Of a DNA stretch of 63,564 bases, positions 1 to 12,579 are shown piece after piece; positions within the stretch are counted from its first letter, which is position 1; each line of letters opens with the position of its first letter. The DNA lies in the NCBI GenBank assembly GCA_028534125.1, contig CM052816.1, positions 7,318,001 to 7,381,564 of the forward strand, given 5' to 3'. The DNA is from Lama glama (lineage: Eukaryota). The notes under the pieces are model-generated. The model was not told where the DNA came from. It saw only the letters and a program-made list of their open reading frames with translations, and did not search any database. A program made the translations under genes and the position numbers.

Positions 1-460
1 CTGGAGATAAAGATCTGGGATGCTTCCATATACATCTGGTATTGAAAGCCATGAGCCTGGGGGAGATCACCAAGGAGTGCATGTAGACTGCAAAGAGAGT
101 AGACCAAGGGTTTATCCCTGCGATACTCTAACACTGAGAGGTTGGGGGACAAGGAGGATCCAATAGAGGAGAAAGAAAAGGAGCAACCAGTGATGTTGGA
201 GGAAAATCAAGAGAGGATTGTATCTGGGAAGCCAGATGAAGGACATGTATCAGGAAGGAAGGAGTGAGTGATCTGCTGCATAATATGCCACTGAGGTCAA
301 GTAAGATGGGAAGTGATATCAATCATGGGATTTCGCAACACAGAGGGCACTGAATACCCTGACACCAGCAGTTTCAGTGTCGTGGTGGGTGAGGGGTGAG
401 AGAGAGGTTTTTGGTGTCTCTGAAGGCTCAGGAGTGTAGAACCCTGGAGAGGACTGTGAA
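1..460 (-). mobile_element. L2 LINE fragment
   Basis: ggagataaagatctggga...tggtattgaaagccatgagcctgg...gagatcacc resembles antisense L2. Confidence 0.7.
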
Positions 461-778
461 GAAGAATCCAAACGACAGGGTCTTGATCAACAAGGCATTG
501 CCAGGTCTGTTTCCTCATCTGCAAGATGGAGATGTCATCCCTGTTCAGACCTTCCCATGGAGAGCCATGAGGGCCACATGAGACCATAGACAGGAGAGCA
601 CTTCGAGGGTTTTTATGCTCTACAAATACAATGTCCAAAAGAGCCTTGAGAATCAACAAAGACTACTCCTCCAGCCTGTGAAAATACAACTAACATTCTT
701 TGCACTGGCAGCTTCTGAGCAGGGCTTTTTATAAGCACTTCTTGGCTTTGCTGATGGCCATCTGGGTTTTCTTTGCAG

Positions 779-1220
779 CTGGTCAACGGAGTGCTCCAGC
801 TGGAATACCGATGCCCAGGTGGCTTCTATGGAAAACTTTCCTCCCTGTTTCACGTGAATGACCAAGAGTGGCACTCCGTTCTGGTGGAGGAGATGGATGC
901 TTCCATTCGCCTGTTGGTTGACCACACAGGCAATGCCTCTCTTGTGCTCCCAGAGAACTGCCAGGGTCTGAGGCCTGAAAGAGACCTCTTTCTGGGTGGC
1001 CTTGTCCTCTTGAATTCTTCCCCAAATGTCTCCCAGGGCTTCGAAGGCTGTCTGGATGCTGTGGTGATCAACGGAGAGGTGCTGGAGCTGCTGGCCCACG
1101 GCAAGAAGGCGGCAGGCTTGCTGGAGAGATGGGCCCTCAGCCAGTGCTGCTTCCACAGTGATGAGTGCAGCCCGAACCCATGTCTCAATGGTGGAAAGTG
1201 CTCACAGAGCCGCGGGGCAG
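779..1220 (+). CDS. FAT2: FAT2 internal exon (fourth from last): end of laminin-G domain and start of EGF-like repeat 1
   Basis: tttgcag acceptor ending 778 and GCAG|gtgagg donor at 1221. Translation [15 protein letters not shown]...[13 protein letters not shown]...[12 protein letters not shown] has LamG and EGF hallmarks. 442 nt, phase 0 to 1. Confidence 0.96.
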
Positions 1221-2149
1221 GTGAGGCTGGGGCTCACCCTAAGGCTTATCCCAGGAGGCTCTTCACAGGGCTCCGCATGTTGAACTAGCAATCGTATTTC
1301 ACTGTAGAGTTTACAAAGCACAGTCCTCCACCACAGCCCCACAAGGGAGAGTAGGGGTTGGGAAGAGAGCCATTAAAGCTCCATTTTGCTGCTGGAAACC
1401 ACTGAGCTATGTAAGGGATACCCAGAGTGGTAAAGAAACTCACGCAAGGTCACAAAGCAGTTAGGTGAGAGGCATGCTTGGGGTGCAGATCTCAGTGGAG
1501 CACTTCTGCCTCCCGATTCCAAATGTCCCTCTTTCCTTCACTGTCTTCTGAGTAACAGGTTGGATCTGCTAGGTTTACACTAGGGGAAGCCAGGAGTCTT
1601 CTTTCTCCCTCAGCAAGAACTACCTTTGATTCCACTTTTTTGGATGAGGGTAGGGTACACATGGGGACCTCTGATGTTGAAGGCTGAGTTCATCACACAT
1701 CTTAGTGTCATCACTGGTCCATGCTACTTTCTCTTTCTTATTCCCCTTTAATCCTTCTCCCTTCCCCAAACCCATCAGCAGAAGTTTTTCAATGCGTTCT
1801 TTCAAAATGATATTACTGTTTTCCACATGCTTGAGTTTCTGACTTACATGAGTGGTATATCACGTTTTATACTTTTCCATCCACGCTGCCACGAGTAATT
1901 CTTATGCACTGCTTTTCATTGCAGCTCAGGTCTCCAAGGTGTGAGTGTTCTGACCTTTCCCCACTCTCTGCTCTCCCAGAAATGGACCCTCCCTCTCATC
2001 AACAATGCTGCACTGAACATCCTCACATGTCACCTCATGAACCTATATGCGAACTTCTTTCACACACACACACTCACACACGTACACACTACCACCACCA
2101 CACAGAGATGGAATTCACCTACCTAGGGTATACTAATAGTTATTTTGAC

Positions 2150-3240
2150 TAAAGCGAGTGAAACTGCTGTCCCACCTGGCTGCAGCAGTCTGTCCTTCCA
2201 CCGTCCAAGTGCATGAGTGTCCACACTTGGCATTATCTCATTTTCTAATTTTTGCCAGACTAATAATACTGTCATTTCTACCTGCAAGATATCCAAGGAG
2301 TCCATTGCTTCTGCATCCCCATTGCCATCTGTCTGCCCCCAGCCCCTGTCACCTCTCATCTTTTCTTCTACACCAGGCACTTCCCTGCTCTCCTGCTTCT
2401 CTCCCTCTGCCAGCATCTTCTGGCAGGGCATCAGAGCCATCTGTATACAATGCAGATCTGAGCAGGTCACTTCCCTGCTTGGAACCTTGAGGTGGCTTCC
2501 CCTGGCTATTAAGAGGGAGCCCCAGTTTCTAATTTCTGCATATGGCTCATATGCTTTGGCCCCTCCCACCTCCCGGCCCTGCAGCTCCCACTAGCCACTT
2601 TGGTCCTTAGGCTCGCCCACCCTGGCGACATGCCACACTCTCTCCTCCCAGCCTTTGTGCACGTTCTCCTCTGCCTGAAATGCCTTCCTCTTTGCCCCTC
2701 TGTCTTTTTGCCTGGCTAATTTTTACTCATCCTTCAGGTCTCAACTAAAATATCACCTCTTCCAAGAAACCCTCTGTGTGCCTGGTCTAGGCTAGTCCTC
2801 TCCCTCAACATTTCCCATCAATAAAACAAACTTTTATGATAATTACTAATATACTGATATTATCTATAACTGTCTGAGTTTGAATCCCAAGTTTGCCATT
2901 TGCTTGCTGTGTGACCTTGAGCAAATGTCAGACATTCCCTTGGGCCTCATTTCCTGACCTGCCATCAACTTGTACCTGGGCCTGATGAGGACAATAGCAG
3001 TAACCAATCTCAGAGCTGTCAGGAGGATCAAATGAGCTAATACCTGAAGATTCTTAGAACAATGACAACACTAAATAGTGTCGCCTAGGACGATGATGAG
3101 GACACCTGTGATTATTCTTTAGATGCCCGCTCTCTGTAGACTGTAAGCTGGTGGAGGGCAGGGACAATTCTTCTTGTGCAGGGGACACCAGTGCCCAACA
3201 CGGTGCCTGTGGCAGAGGGAGGCACCCGATAGCTAAATGT
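2150..3240 (+). mobile_element. L2 fragments interrupted by a MIR (~2870-3100)
   Basis: L2-like tccttcaggtctcaactaaaatatcacctcttcc and tagactgtaagct...gagggcagggac; MIR core gctgtgtgaccttgagcaa. Confidence 0.65.
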
Positions 3241-3354
3241 GCACACTGGGATCAGCAAAGATGCCGCGGTTGCCCCTGCATCCTGGAGGACCTGTCCGCC
3301 TGCGGCTGCACTGCTAAACCAGCGGCTCCCTCACCTCCCTTCCCTTCCCCCTAG

Positions 3355-3508
3355 GCTCTGTCTGCACGTGTCCCCCACAGTTCTCTGGGAGGCACTGCGA
3401 ACAGAGAAAGGAGAACTGCACTTCGACGCCCTGCCTGGAAGGTGGAACTTGCATATCCTCCCCCGAAGGAGCCTCCTGTAACTGCCCTCACCCCTACATG
3501 GGAGACAG
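3355..3508 (+). CDS. FAT2: FAT2 exon: EGF-like repeats 1-2
   Basis: Pyrimidine tract plus tag acceptor ending 3354; AG|gtaagc donor at 3509. Reads [52 protein letters not shown], in phase with both neighbours. This frame is not in the ORF track. Confidence 0.96.
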
Positions 3509-5147
3509 GTAAGCACGGGAGAGGCCATCTACCACTGGCTCCTCTCCCTGTTTTAGCACCACTGGGGAATGACCTCTGCACTCTGACTCCTAGAGAAGCT
3601 GGCGGGCAGCCAGGGGCTGAGTGCTCCAGCAACTTGGCTTCTTGGCCTTTTCCACGTGTTTAGGCTCCTCCCCGACCCCCCGCACCCGCATCAGAGCACA
3701 CTGGGAGGGGAGATGCTTGTGAAGAAGACAGATTTCCCAAGCCCTGTTCTGAACCTATTGAACTGGATTCACCTGGCGGGAGCCCAGGAATCTGTACTTC
3801 CCACCAGCTAGCTCCTCAGGCGGTTCTGATCTTTGCTGAAGTCTGGAAATGGCTAAAGTTCATATTCTCTTGCTCTAGACCGTGACTTCCCAGAAAGCGG
3901 CCTGGGGACGATGATTCCACTTGGTACAGGCACTGTGGGGGGTCTCAAACCCCACCACAAGCTACCTGTGCCTTGTATTGTGCTGGTCGGGGGGCTGCAA
4001 GGGAAGGAGAATCATCGCTAGAATCCTAGACATAAAGAGGCTTTGGAAATTCTCTGATTTAACTTGGAAATTACTTGGAAACCTTTAAAAATCATGAGGG
4101 AGGCTTGTGAAAAACACAGATTCCTGAACCAACTAAATCAGAATCTCCAAGGAATGAGGTTTGGGATTCTACTTGTAACAAGATCCCAGGGGATCCCCTT
4201 GCTGTCAGTATGTGCCTAAGGGATCCAGTGATGTAGTCCACCCACTCATTTTACACATGGGGAAACTGAAGCCCAAGGAAGGAAAGGGCTCGTCCAAGAT
4301 TCCTCTGTGTGTTTACGATCCAAGTCCTTTCTCTCAGCAACTGGCATTGCCGGCCCGCCATGTGCACCTGGCCCTGCTGTAGGGATGTGTTAGAAAGACA
4401 CGTCCTGACTGAGAGCGGTGTTTGCATTTTAAAAGGGGAACCTGGGGAGGCCAACACTGAACCCAAAAGGACAAACTGTCAGTGGTGAAATTTTAGGCTC
4501 TGGGACTCACGTGGGATGGAGGGAGCCTTTCCCCAATACCCCTTAAAAGTGCGTAAAGCTGGCCACAGGAGTCTCCTAGGAGCCTCACACTACGGAAGGC
4601 CAAGCTGAAGGTGACCTGAGAGGTCATACGGTTCTGGGTGCTTGCTCTGAGAAAGCTGTCCAGTTTAAGGTCTGTGTAGGCCTATGTTGGGTGCCTGCCA
4701 CCTCAGGAGAAACAGTGGGTAACACTTGTGCCAGGGTGTCATTGCTGGGTGACTGCTGACTTGTGTCTGGGAGCCTGGTCCGGAGGACAGATGGGTATGC
4801 TGGCTGCCTCTACTGTAGTATATAACTGGAATCTGACCTCAGTGGTGGGCAGTGTATCCAAGGCCTAAATCTCATGGTGGAAATTGATGGAAATGCCCAG
4901 AGCCTAGATTCAAATGGTCCTCAATGAAACTATAGCTGAGTCACATACCTCACTGGGAGAGGATGGAAAGTTGATGTGAACCTGAAGTTGATAGGTTGAT
5001 ACATGTGATAATTACCTTTTTCCTTTGTGGAAAATTAGAGAGGCAGGCTTGACTGCAGGGGTCTCCATCCCATCAATCTTTGTATGAGAGGACATGGAAA
5101 GGGCAGTATAGTGACTCCACCCTCTGAGTACTTCTCTGTCTCTGCAG

Positions 5148-5605
5148 GTGTGAAATGGAGGCAAGGGGCTGCTCAGAAGGACACTGCCTCGTCACCCCTG
5201 AGATCAAAAGGGGGGACTGGGGGCAGCTGGAGATTCTGATCATCATAGTGGCCCTACTGGTCATCACTGTAAGCTCCGCTGGGCTTCTCTTCTACTGCCG
5301 CCGTTGCAAGTCCCACAAACCCGTGGCCATGGAGGACCCAGACCTCCTGGCCAGGAGCGTTGGTGTTGACACCCAAGCCACGCCTGCCATTGAGCTCAAC
5401 CCCCTGAGCACCAGTTCCTGCAACAACCTGAACCAACTGGAGCCCAGCAAGACCCCAGCTCCAAATGAACTTGTCACTTTTGGACCCAGCTCTAAGCAAC
5501 GGCCAGTGGTCTGCAGCGTGCCTCCCAGACTCCCACCAGCTGTGGTTACTTCCCACTCTGACAACGAGGCCATCATTAAGAGGACCTGGTCAGGCGAGGA
5601 GATGG
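5148..5605 (+). CDS. FAT2: FAT2 penultimate exon: transmembrane helix and membrane-proximal cytoplasmic region
   Basis: tctgcag acceptor ending 5147; ATGG|gtcagt donor at 5606. Hydrophobic [21 protein letters not shown] followed by [21 protein letters not shown]...[12 protein letters not shown]. Confidence 0.96.
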
Positions 5606-6656
5606 GTCAGTATAGACACAGGTCCATAGCCTCTGGGGTTGACATAAGGGGGCAGTGGACTGAAACACTCCATTATTGGAGGCACCAGGGTGTTGGCCAC
5701 AATCCAGTCCGACCCCTTAGGGATGAGATAGGAAGGGATGTGTTCAAGGTCGCGGCACACTAGTGGGCTGGACCAGACCCCAGGCCTCTGGACTCAGAGT
5801 CTGTGTCTCATTCTGCTGCACCATAACCCACTCCTCTAAAGAACTGATGTGCATGGAAGAAACCTGTAGACCCTAGGTAGGGGTGGCTAGGATCCCTGGG
5901 GTGAAAGAGGGGCTTCTGTGTATTTGTGCTTTTCTGGAAAGGGAAAGAGGGGCAGTAGTCCAAGTTTTGGTTGCCCAGTCTGGAGGTACGGCAGCCTTGG
6001 GCCAGACCTGGCTGGCCCACAGGGCCTTCACTCCCCTCTCATCTTTGGCTCAAAAGGAGGTGAATTTGTATATTTTCTGGCTTGTTCACTAATATTAAAG
6101 CAGGTATTTTCACTAACTTTCTGCCATTAGGATAACTGGGGCCCACGAAGATGTTCTTACTCATCCAACTATTCTGTAGCAGGGACAGAGCTAGGAGCAA
6201 GGATGCCTGACCTCCAATCTTCCAAGTCACAGCTCATTTAATTACCCTCAGCGATAGATGCTATCACACCTCCTAGTCCAAAATGTGTGTCCGTTTCCTT
6301 CAATTGAGGACACAAAACTCACCAGTAGGTCTTGGGATGGAGTTGCAGTCTCCAGGAGTAGGGGTGGGCTGCATGGAGCCATTCCGATTCTTACCTTATT
6401 CACTGACCCTTGGATCCATGGCACAGATTTGCAAGATGGGCTGGCTTTGAGTTAAACCTCTGGTTTGAACTTGGCCCCATCGGATTCTAGATATGAATCT
6501 AAGCTGCCAGGGACAACGCACATAGGTGGGCCACACACCCACCCCCTCTTTGGCCCATGTCTACCATGTGCTAAGTCATGCAGAGCAGCTCTAAGGCCAG
6601 CTGCAACCTTCCCCAGGGAAACTCAGGGCTCACCCCATCTTTCTGTTCCCTTCCAG

Positions 6657-7189
6657 TGTACCCAGGTGGAGCCACGGTCTGGCCCCCTACCTACTCCAGG
6701 AGGGAACGCTGGGATTATCCCCACTCCGAAGTGAACCCTGGCCCTCGGCCACCATCGCCTCACCACCACCAGACCCCAGCTGTGATGCCGGACCCCACTG
6801 GCCTCTATGGCGGCTTTCCCTTCCCGCTGGAGCTGGAAAACAAGCGAGCACCCCTCCCACCCCGTTACAGCAACCAGAACCTGGAAGATCTGATCCCCCA
6901 ACGGCCCCCAAGTCCCCGGGAGCACCTGCTGGCCCCCTGTCTCAACGAGTATACAGCCATCAGCTACTACCACTCACAGTTCCAGCAGGGAGGGGGAGGG
7001 CCCTGCCTGGCAGAGGGGGGCTACAAGGGAGTGAGCATGCGCCTCAGCCGGGCTGGGCCCTCCTATGCCGAGTGCGAGATGGGGGGTGGGCATCCCACAG
7101 GCCGGGGCCAGCCCCGGGCCCCCCCCAACTATGAGGGCTCTGACATGGTGGAGAGTGATTATGGGAGCTGTGAGGAGGTCATGTTTTAG
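6657..7189 (+). CDS. FAT2: FAT2 last exon, coding part: cytoplasmic tail ending [11 protein letters not shown]
   Basis: ttccag acceptor ending 6656; phase 1 junction gives V-YPGG; TAG at 7187-7189; C-terminus matches FAT2 as I recall it. Confidence 0.97.
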
Positions 7190-8595
7190 CTGTCCTCAGA
7201 GGAAGGCAGGCGGGAGGCCGAGGACTTGGTATCTTCCTCTGTCTTTAAGGGAGTGAGTTGAGCATGGCTGGGAATGGAGGAGGTAAGCCCCCATACCCAG
7301 ACCAGGCTGCCGGACCTTGAAATGTGCTCTTCCAGACTCCCAGCCAGTCCCTGAGGATGGAGGGAAGCTGAGGGCAGAGCTCCAGAAACAGCACTAGGGC
7401 CACCAGCAGAAATGGGGTGCGCAGAGCCAATATCCTGGAAACCCAGGAAAAACTGACTCCTGGGATGGGTAAGAGGCAGCATGTCTCACCAGTGGTCCCC
7501 CAGGAGGCAGGGCATGAACTACTGGGCCGATCCTGTCCCACAGGTCACAGCTGCACTCAGGAGGCCAAGGTGGGCTCGTGCCTCGCAAGCAACCACCAAG
7601 GTGCTGGGTCACCAACCCTGGAGGGCAACAAGGTGTCCTCTTAGGGGCTGAGAGGTGAGCAGCAGGCGAGCGGGTACCACACATAGCCTGAGCACCCTGC
7701 CTTACACGCTCACTGCAGAGTCGGCTCTGTGTCAGGCACTGTGCTAGGCATTGGCGACAAGGGGTCCCGGGGAGCATCACCTGGCCTCAGTCTCCTGGAG
7801 GTCCCACTCCTCTAATCTAATTCCAAGCACCTTGCTTCGCCTCTTTAAGTCATGTGACTTTGCACCAGGCAGGGCCTGCCAGGATCTGTGCAGCCCTGAA
7901 CCGTCTTTATTAAAGAATTTAGACCTCATGGAACTCTGGGTTCTTCAGCCCAAGTTTCTCAAGCACTTTGGGCCAAAGGCAGGAAGGCCATCATTCTTCA
8001 TTAAAAAAAAGTTCTTAGGCACTTTTCAAACTTGCTGTCTGGATGAGTTGTCCCAAAGGGATTTTTCTTCCCTAGACACAAGGAAATCAGAGCTCCCACG
8101 CAGAGAAGGGTGGAAGCAGGGAGCCAGACATGAGGAGTGTTCTTTCCTGTCCCTCCATCTCAGATGCTTGCCAATTTAAGTGTTACCTGCAACGACTCAA
8201 CCCTATGCATGGAGGGTCAATGTGGGCACGTGTCTGCACGTGTGGGCGCCCATGTATAGGATATGTGTACACATGTGCAGGATGTATGTAGCCAGGAGTG
8301 GCAGGGACCAGAGACTTCTGGTGGCCTTGCCATTCCGTCCCCTGCTAATCCCTCTCTCCGGTCCACTGCCTTTTCATGTGTGTTGTTTCTGGAGACTGAA
8401 GTCAAAAGGAAGAGCAACAGAGACTCTTACCCATAGGGCTGCTGCTTACAGTGAGAGGGAGCTGCGTGGGTGAGGGCATTGGTGTGAATGGTTCACGGCT
8501 GTGAGTGACAGTGAGTGTGAGTGATGGCATGCCTGGTGTCATCAGTCATTTGTTGTTGTTTTTTTTAACAATAAAATAATTTTTTTACTGTTATC
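7190..8595 (+). other. FAT2: FAT2 3'UTR (~1.4 kb; end approximate)
   Basis: Runs from the stop codon to the AATAAA at 8570, which is followed by U/GU-rich sequence. Confidence 0.75.
8570..8575 (+). terminator. FAT2 polyadenylation signal AATAAA
   Basis: U-rich upstream (tgttgttgttttttt) and downstream ttttttactgttatcttctgtgtc; repeats begin shortly after. Confidence 0.8.
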
Positions 8596-8729
8596 TTCTG
8601 TGTCACTTAGGCTCTTTAGGGTTGGGTCAGGGGAAGGGCCCTTCCAATCTGAGGTCCATGGAATTTGGGAGCTCGAAGGGACCCTAGAGATCATTAAGCC
8701 CCAAAATTCACACACCTCACAAAATGGCT

Positions 8730-9239
8730 AAAATACGGAAGATGTGTTTTGTGTGTGTGTTACACACAGAGGAATGGAATATTACTCGGCCATGAAAAAG
8801 AATGAAATAATGCCATTTGCAGCAACATGGATGGACCTAAATATTATCATACTAAGTGAACTAAGAAAGAGAAAAACAAATATCATATATCACTTATATT
8901 TGGAATCTTAAAAAATGATACAAATGAACTTATTTATAAAACAGAAAGAGACCCACAGATAGAGAAAATAAACTTATGGCTACTAAAGGGGCAAGGGGGG
9001 GAGGAATAAATTAGGAGTTTGGGATTAGCAGCTACAAACCACTATATATAAAATAGATGAACAACAAGGTCCTAATGTATAGCGCAAGGAACTACATTCA
9101 ATATCTTGTAATAACCTACAATGAAAAAATATATGTGTGTGTATGTATATATATATGGATGTATAATTGGATCACTGTGCTGTACACCAGAAACTAACAC
9201 AACATTGTAAAACAACTATACTTCAATTAAAAAAAAAAA
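8730..9239 (+). mobile_element. 5'-truncated L1 3' end with poly(A) tail
   Basis: atggaatattactcggccatgaaaaagaatgaaataatgccatttgcagcaacatggatggaccta...ctatacttcaatt followed by an A run. Confidence 0.9.
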
Positions 9240-9892
9240 CAGATCGCTGAGACCTACCCCTGACATACAAAATCAGAACCTCTGGGGCTGGCCCAGAATT
9301 CTCTAATTCCAGTACAACTGTCTGTAGTTAGCGAACAAGTCTGCTAAGCAGCAGGTTAGTGAAAGGCCCAGGACAAGACATCAGGACTGCTGACCCCCAG
9401 CTCACACCCTTTGCACATCACACTGGTCAGGGAGAGGGGACTTAATATCACCCATCTTGGGGAGCCAGCCCTCGACGCCCAGAGTCAGCCTGTGTTTGCT
9501 GCTCCACAGCTTGCCCCGAGGCCCAGCTGCATGTGAACGTCACCTGGCCCATGCAGGTCCTGCGGGTACAACACCGAGATGAGACAGTCCAGTTCCTGCC
9601 ATCAGGCTCCCAATGCAGGTAGGCAGTGAAGGCACACCCATATGAGGCACCACAGCAGACCGTGGCCCTGGGGTCAGACGGGCTTAGTTCCAAACCCGCT
9701 CTGCCACGCACTAACGTGGCCTCAGGCAAGTATGACAGGGCCTCTTGCTGTTCAGTAAAATGACAAGAGTAAGTAATGGCTACCTCATAATACCATTCTG
9801 AGGGATAAGTTCAAAGAGCTTACAGCAGCATAAACAATACATGGTGACCATTAGGCTAGGAAACAATGCAGGAAATCACAAACCATCTAGCC

Positions 9893-10158
9893 CAGTGTTG
9901 CCCAAATTTCTGTTGTTTGGCTTACCACTTTTATGATTTTCACCCTGACAGAATGACAGCTGCACTATTATTTACTTAATATTTTTCTTTTAGTGTATTT
10001 AAATTTTTAAAAATATGTTATTCACCTTAAAATGATAATCTCCATAAACTAAAGGATCTTGAAGTTACATTCTTTTCTAGCACAAAGGTAAATACATAAA
10101 CATTCTGGGTTTCAAAATGACTGTCCAGGGCCCCCTAAATCATCTTTGGGAAACACGG
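9893..10158. mobile_element. Non-autonomous hAT-Charlie-type MITE
   Basis: Terminal inverted repeats cagtgttgcccaaa / tttgggaaacacgg; degenerate 8-bp TSD atctagcc / atctggtc. Confidence 0.65.
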
Positions 10159-10629
10159 ATCTGGTCCATCTTTGTTCCCGATGCTCCTCACTCTGACGCC
10201 CACAGAGCAGAAGGGGTTTGCCTGAACTAGAACTTCACAGGGGTGAGACCCACATTCAGGTCTGACACAAGGCTAGGGGTCTCCCTACAATACCACCTGC
10301 TCTCATCCTGGATGAAGGAGCCTCTCTCCAATCAGCCCACCTCTCTCCAGACCAGGCCTCTCCTTTCCTTTGTCCTTCTGAGCCTGCACTGTCATGGATC
10401 AGCCACCAGAGGGCTCTCTGGGATCAAGAAGCAGAGCCACAGACGACAGGGATGTTTTCAGGGAAATCCTTCCATCTCAAGCCACTGAGGTTCTGGTTCC
10501 AAATATCCTGAGTCTGACACAGCATAAAAGTGGCAGAGAAAGGCAGAGAACCAGGTCTCCTGTCTTGACCCAGGTAAAAACACTGGATGTTTTCACAGTT
10601 CACCATGACCACCCTCTCCACCTCCTCTT

Positions 10630-10870
10630 ACTGGCACTTGCTACAGGACAGGTGCTGGGCGAGCACTTGGCATGTCTTATCTCATTCAGTCCTCATGAAA
10701 AACCCATGATATAAGTACTGTCATCTCTGTTTTACAGATGGAGGAACAGAGGCACACCGGAATTAAGTGGCTTGTAACTTACTGAAGTGACATAAAGTGA
10801 AATTTCCCAGTTCATCAGTGACCCAGGGTCAGGATTCAATCTAGGGCTGCCTGACTCTAGATCTATGCCT
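10630..10870 (-). mobile_element. MIR SINE
   Basis: ttttacagatggaggaacagaggcac...aattaagtggcttg core. Confidence 0.8.
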
Positions 10871-12579
10871 TATATTTGGGTTCATGAAACCAATGATAAA
10901 AACAGGACATCAGAAGATTGAGGAACAGAAGGAAGCAGGATGGAGAGGCCTTAATCTAATGATCCAACTGAGTTCAGAGGCCAGGAATGCCACTGTCATT
11001 CTAAGTGGTATTAACAGCTGGAACGCCCGGATTTTGGGAGGTGGAGTCTACTCAACCCCAGGGCTCAACTCCAGGCCCCCCTTGTAATCCTGCATCCAGT
11101 TCTGGGCCTGGATCTAAAAGCAACACAGAAATCTTGGGCATTGTTAGAGGAGGGCAGCCAGGAAGTGGTTGGCAGGGAAGACTCACAACCACGTCCTGTG
11201 CTGAAGGGCAGCTGGAACCCACCAGGACCAAAAGCAAAGGCATGGTGAGATCGCTCCTCAGATAGGTGGCCTGCACTACTGCGCCATCACACGAGGTTTT
11301 CAAGGTCTTACAGAGGAGGTAGACAGATCTTTCAGGAATCAGAGCAGTGCTCTAGAGGGATACACGTGAGGTCCCAGGGAGAAAACTGGAGCCATAGCTA
11401 GAGTCTCAGAAATTGAGTATCTGGGGGTGGAACAACAGACAGAGTCAAACCACTCTATACTGGACTGAAGATTATGGAGATTCTAAAAGATAAAGGGGAA
11501 AAAAGATACAATATGTAAAGTTTTGAGATATGGGGTGACTTGCCTGGGGCCCACACTAGCTCCGTGTAGAGCGGCTGACCCACAATCCTGGCTCCACATG
11601 ATGAGTAGGGGAAACACCATCCTGCGTGGGCACCAGGCACAGGTGCCGAACAGCAGCCCACACCGCAGCACCTGCGGACAGGCTCTGGAAGCCCTTGGCG
11701 ACTCAGCCAGCCCGACCTAAGGAGAGGCGCAAGCGGTGGCACTCTGTGAAGAGCAGGAACTTTCTCAGGGACCAGGCTGGGGAAAGATAAGCCTTTAGAA
11801 TTTTCTCATGATGTCTCAACAGCCCTACAGGGTCCAGCCGAGGAAAGTGTTTGGTTAGGTTGATATGAAACTCAAATATAGTGATGTCAACTCCTCCCAG
11901 GCCAGGACACCATTCTCTACTGAAGGAGATGACACTGAATTTAGTAACCAACCCATTCCAGGTACAGGATTAGCCCCACGGATAGGCACTGGGAGCTCAA
12001 GCCTGATCTGATCAACGCCACAAACAATGCATGATATAGGGAAAGTGGCCAAGTGGTCACATCTCTCCTGCATCACTAGGGAGGAGGCTAACCCAAAAAG
12101 CTGGTATTGCTGACAAGGAAGCCATCAATTCTGACACAAGTGGCCAGGGAAGGTTCTCGAGAGGAGCAGCCATCCGAGCTGGGCCTTAGAGTGGAGCTTC
12201 AGATTGAGCACAGGGAGAAGGCCAGCTGGGCTAAGAGAACAGTCCAAAGGGAGGGCCTGAAGGTCCTAAGTATTTGGGCAATGGTGGGTGGTCCTAATGG
12301 GTGGGAGGGGAGGGACTGTGGAGCACAGGGTGGGGAAAGCAGCCTGGGGTCAGAATGAGAGAAGAGGCAGGTGACCCAGACCAGGGCCTGGAGATGTACT
12401 GTGTCCACTGAGGGATGTGAGGGGAGGGATGACAGAATCAGGTAAAAGGGATGTGGATCCTAGGGGCAAAGACATGAGGTCTGGACTCAGACACACCTGG
12501 CTCCACCATCTAGAAAATGTGTGATCTTGGGCAAGTCATTTAATTTTATATGCCTCAGTTTGCAAAACAGGGATATTAC

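Noticed and set aside
653..1188. Long minus-strand ORFs opposite the FAT2 exon (similar ones at 5254-5576 and 6623-6973)
   Set aside because: Antisense shadows of GC-rich coding exons with no recognisable domain or splice structure.
6578..6656. Open frame upstream of the FAT2 last exon, with an in-phase AG at 6625-6626
   Set aside because: Poor pyrimidine tract compared with the acceptor at 6656; most likely chance.
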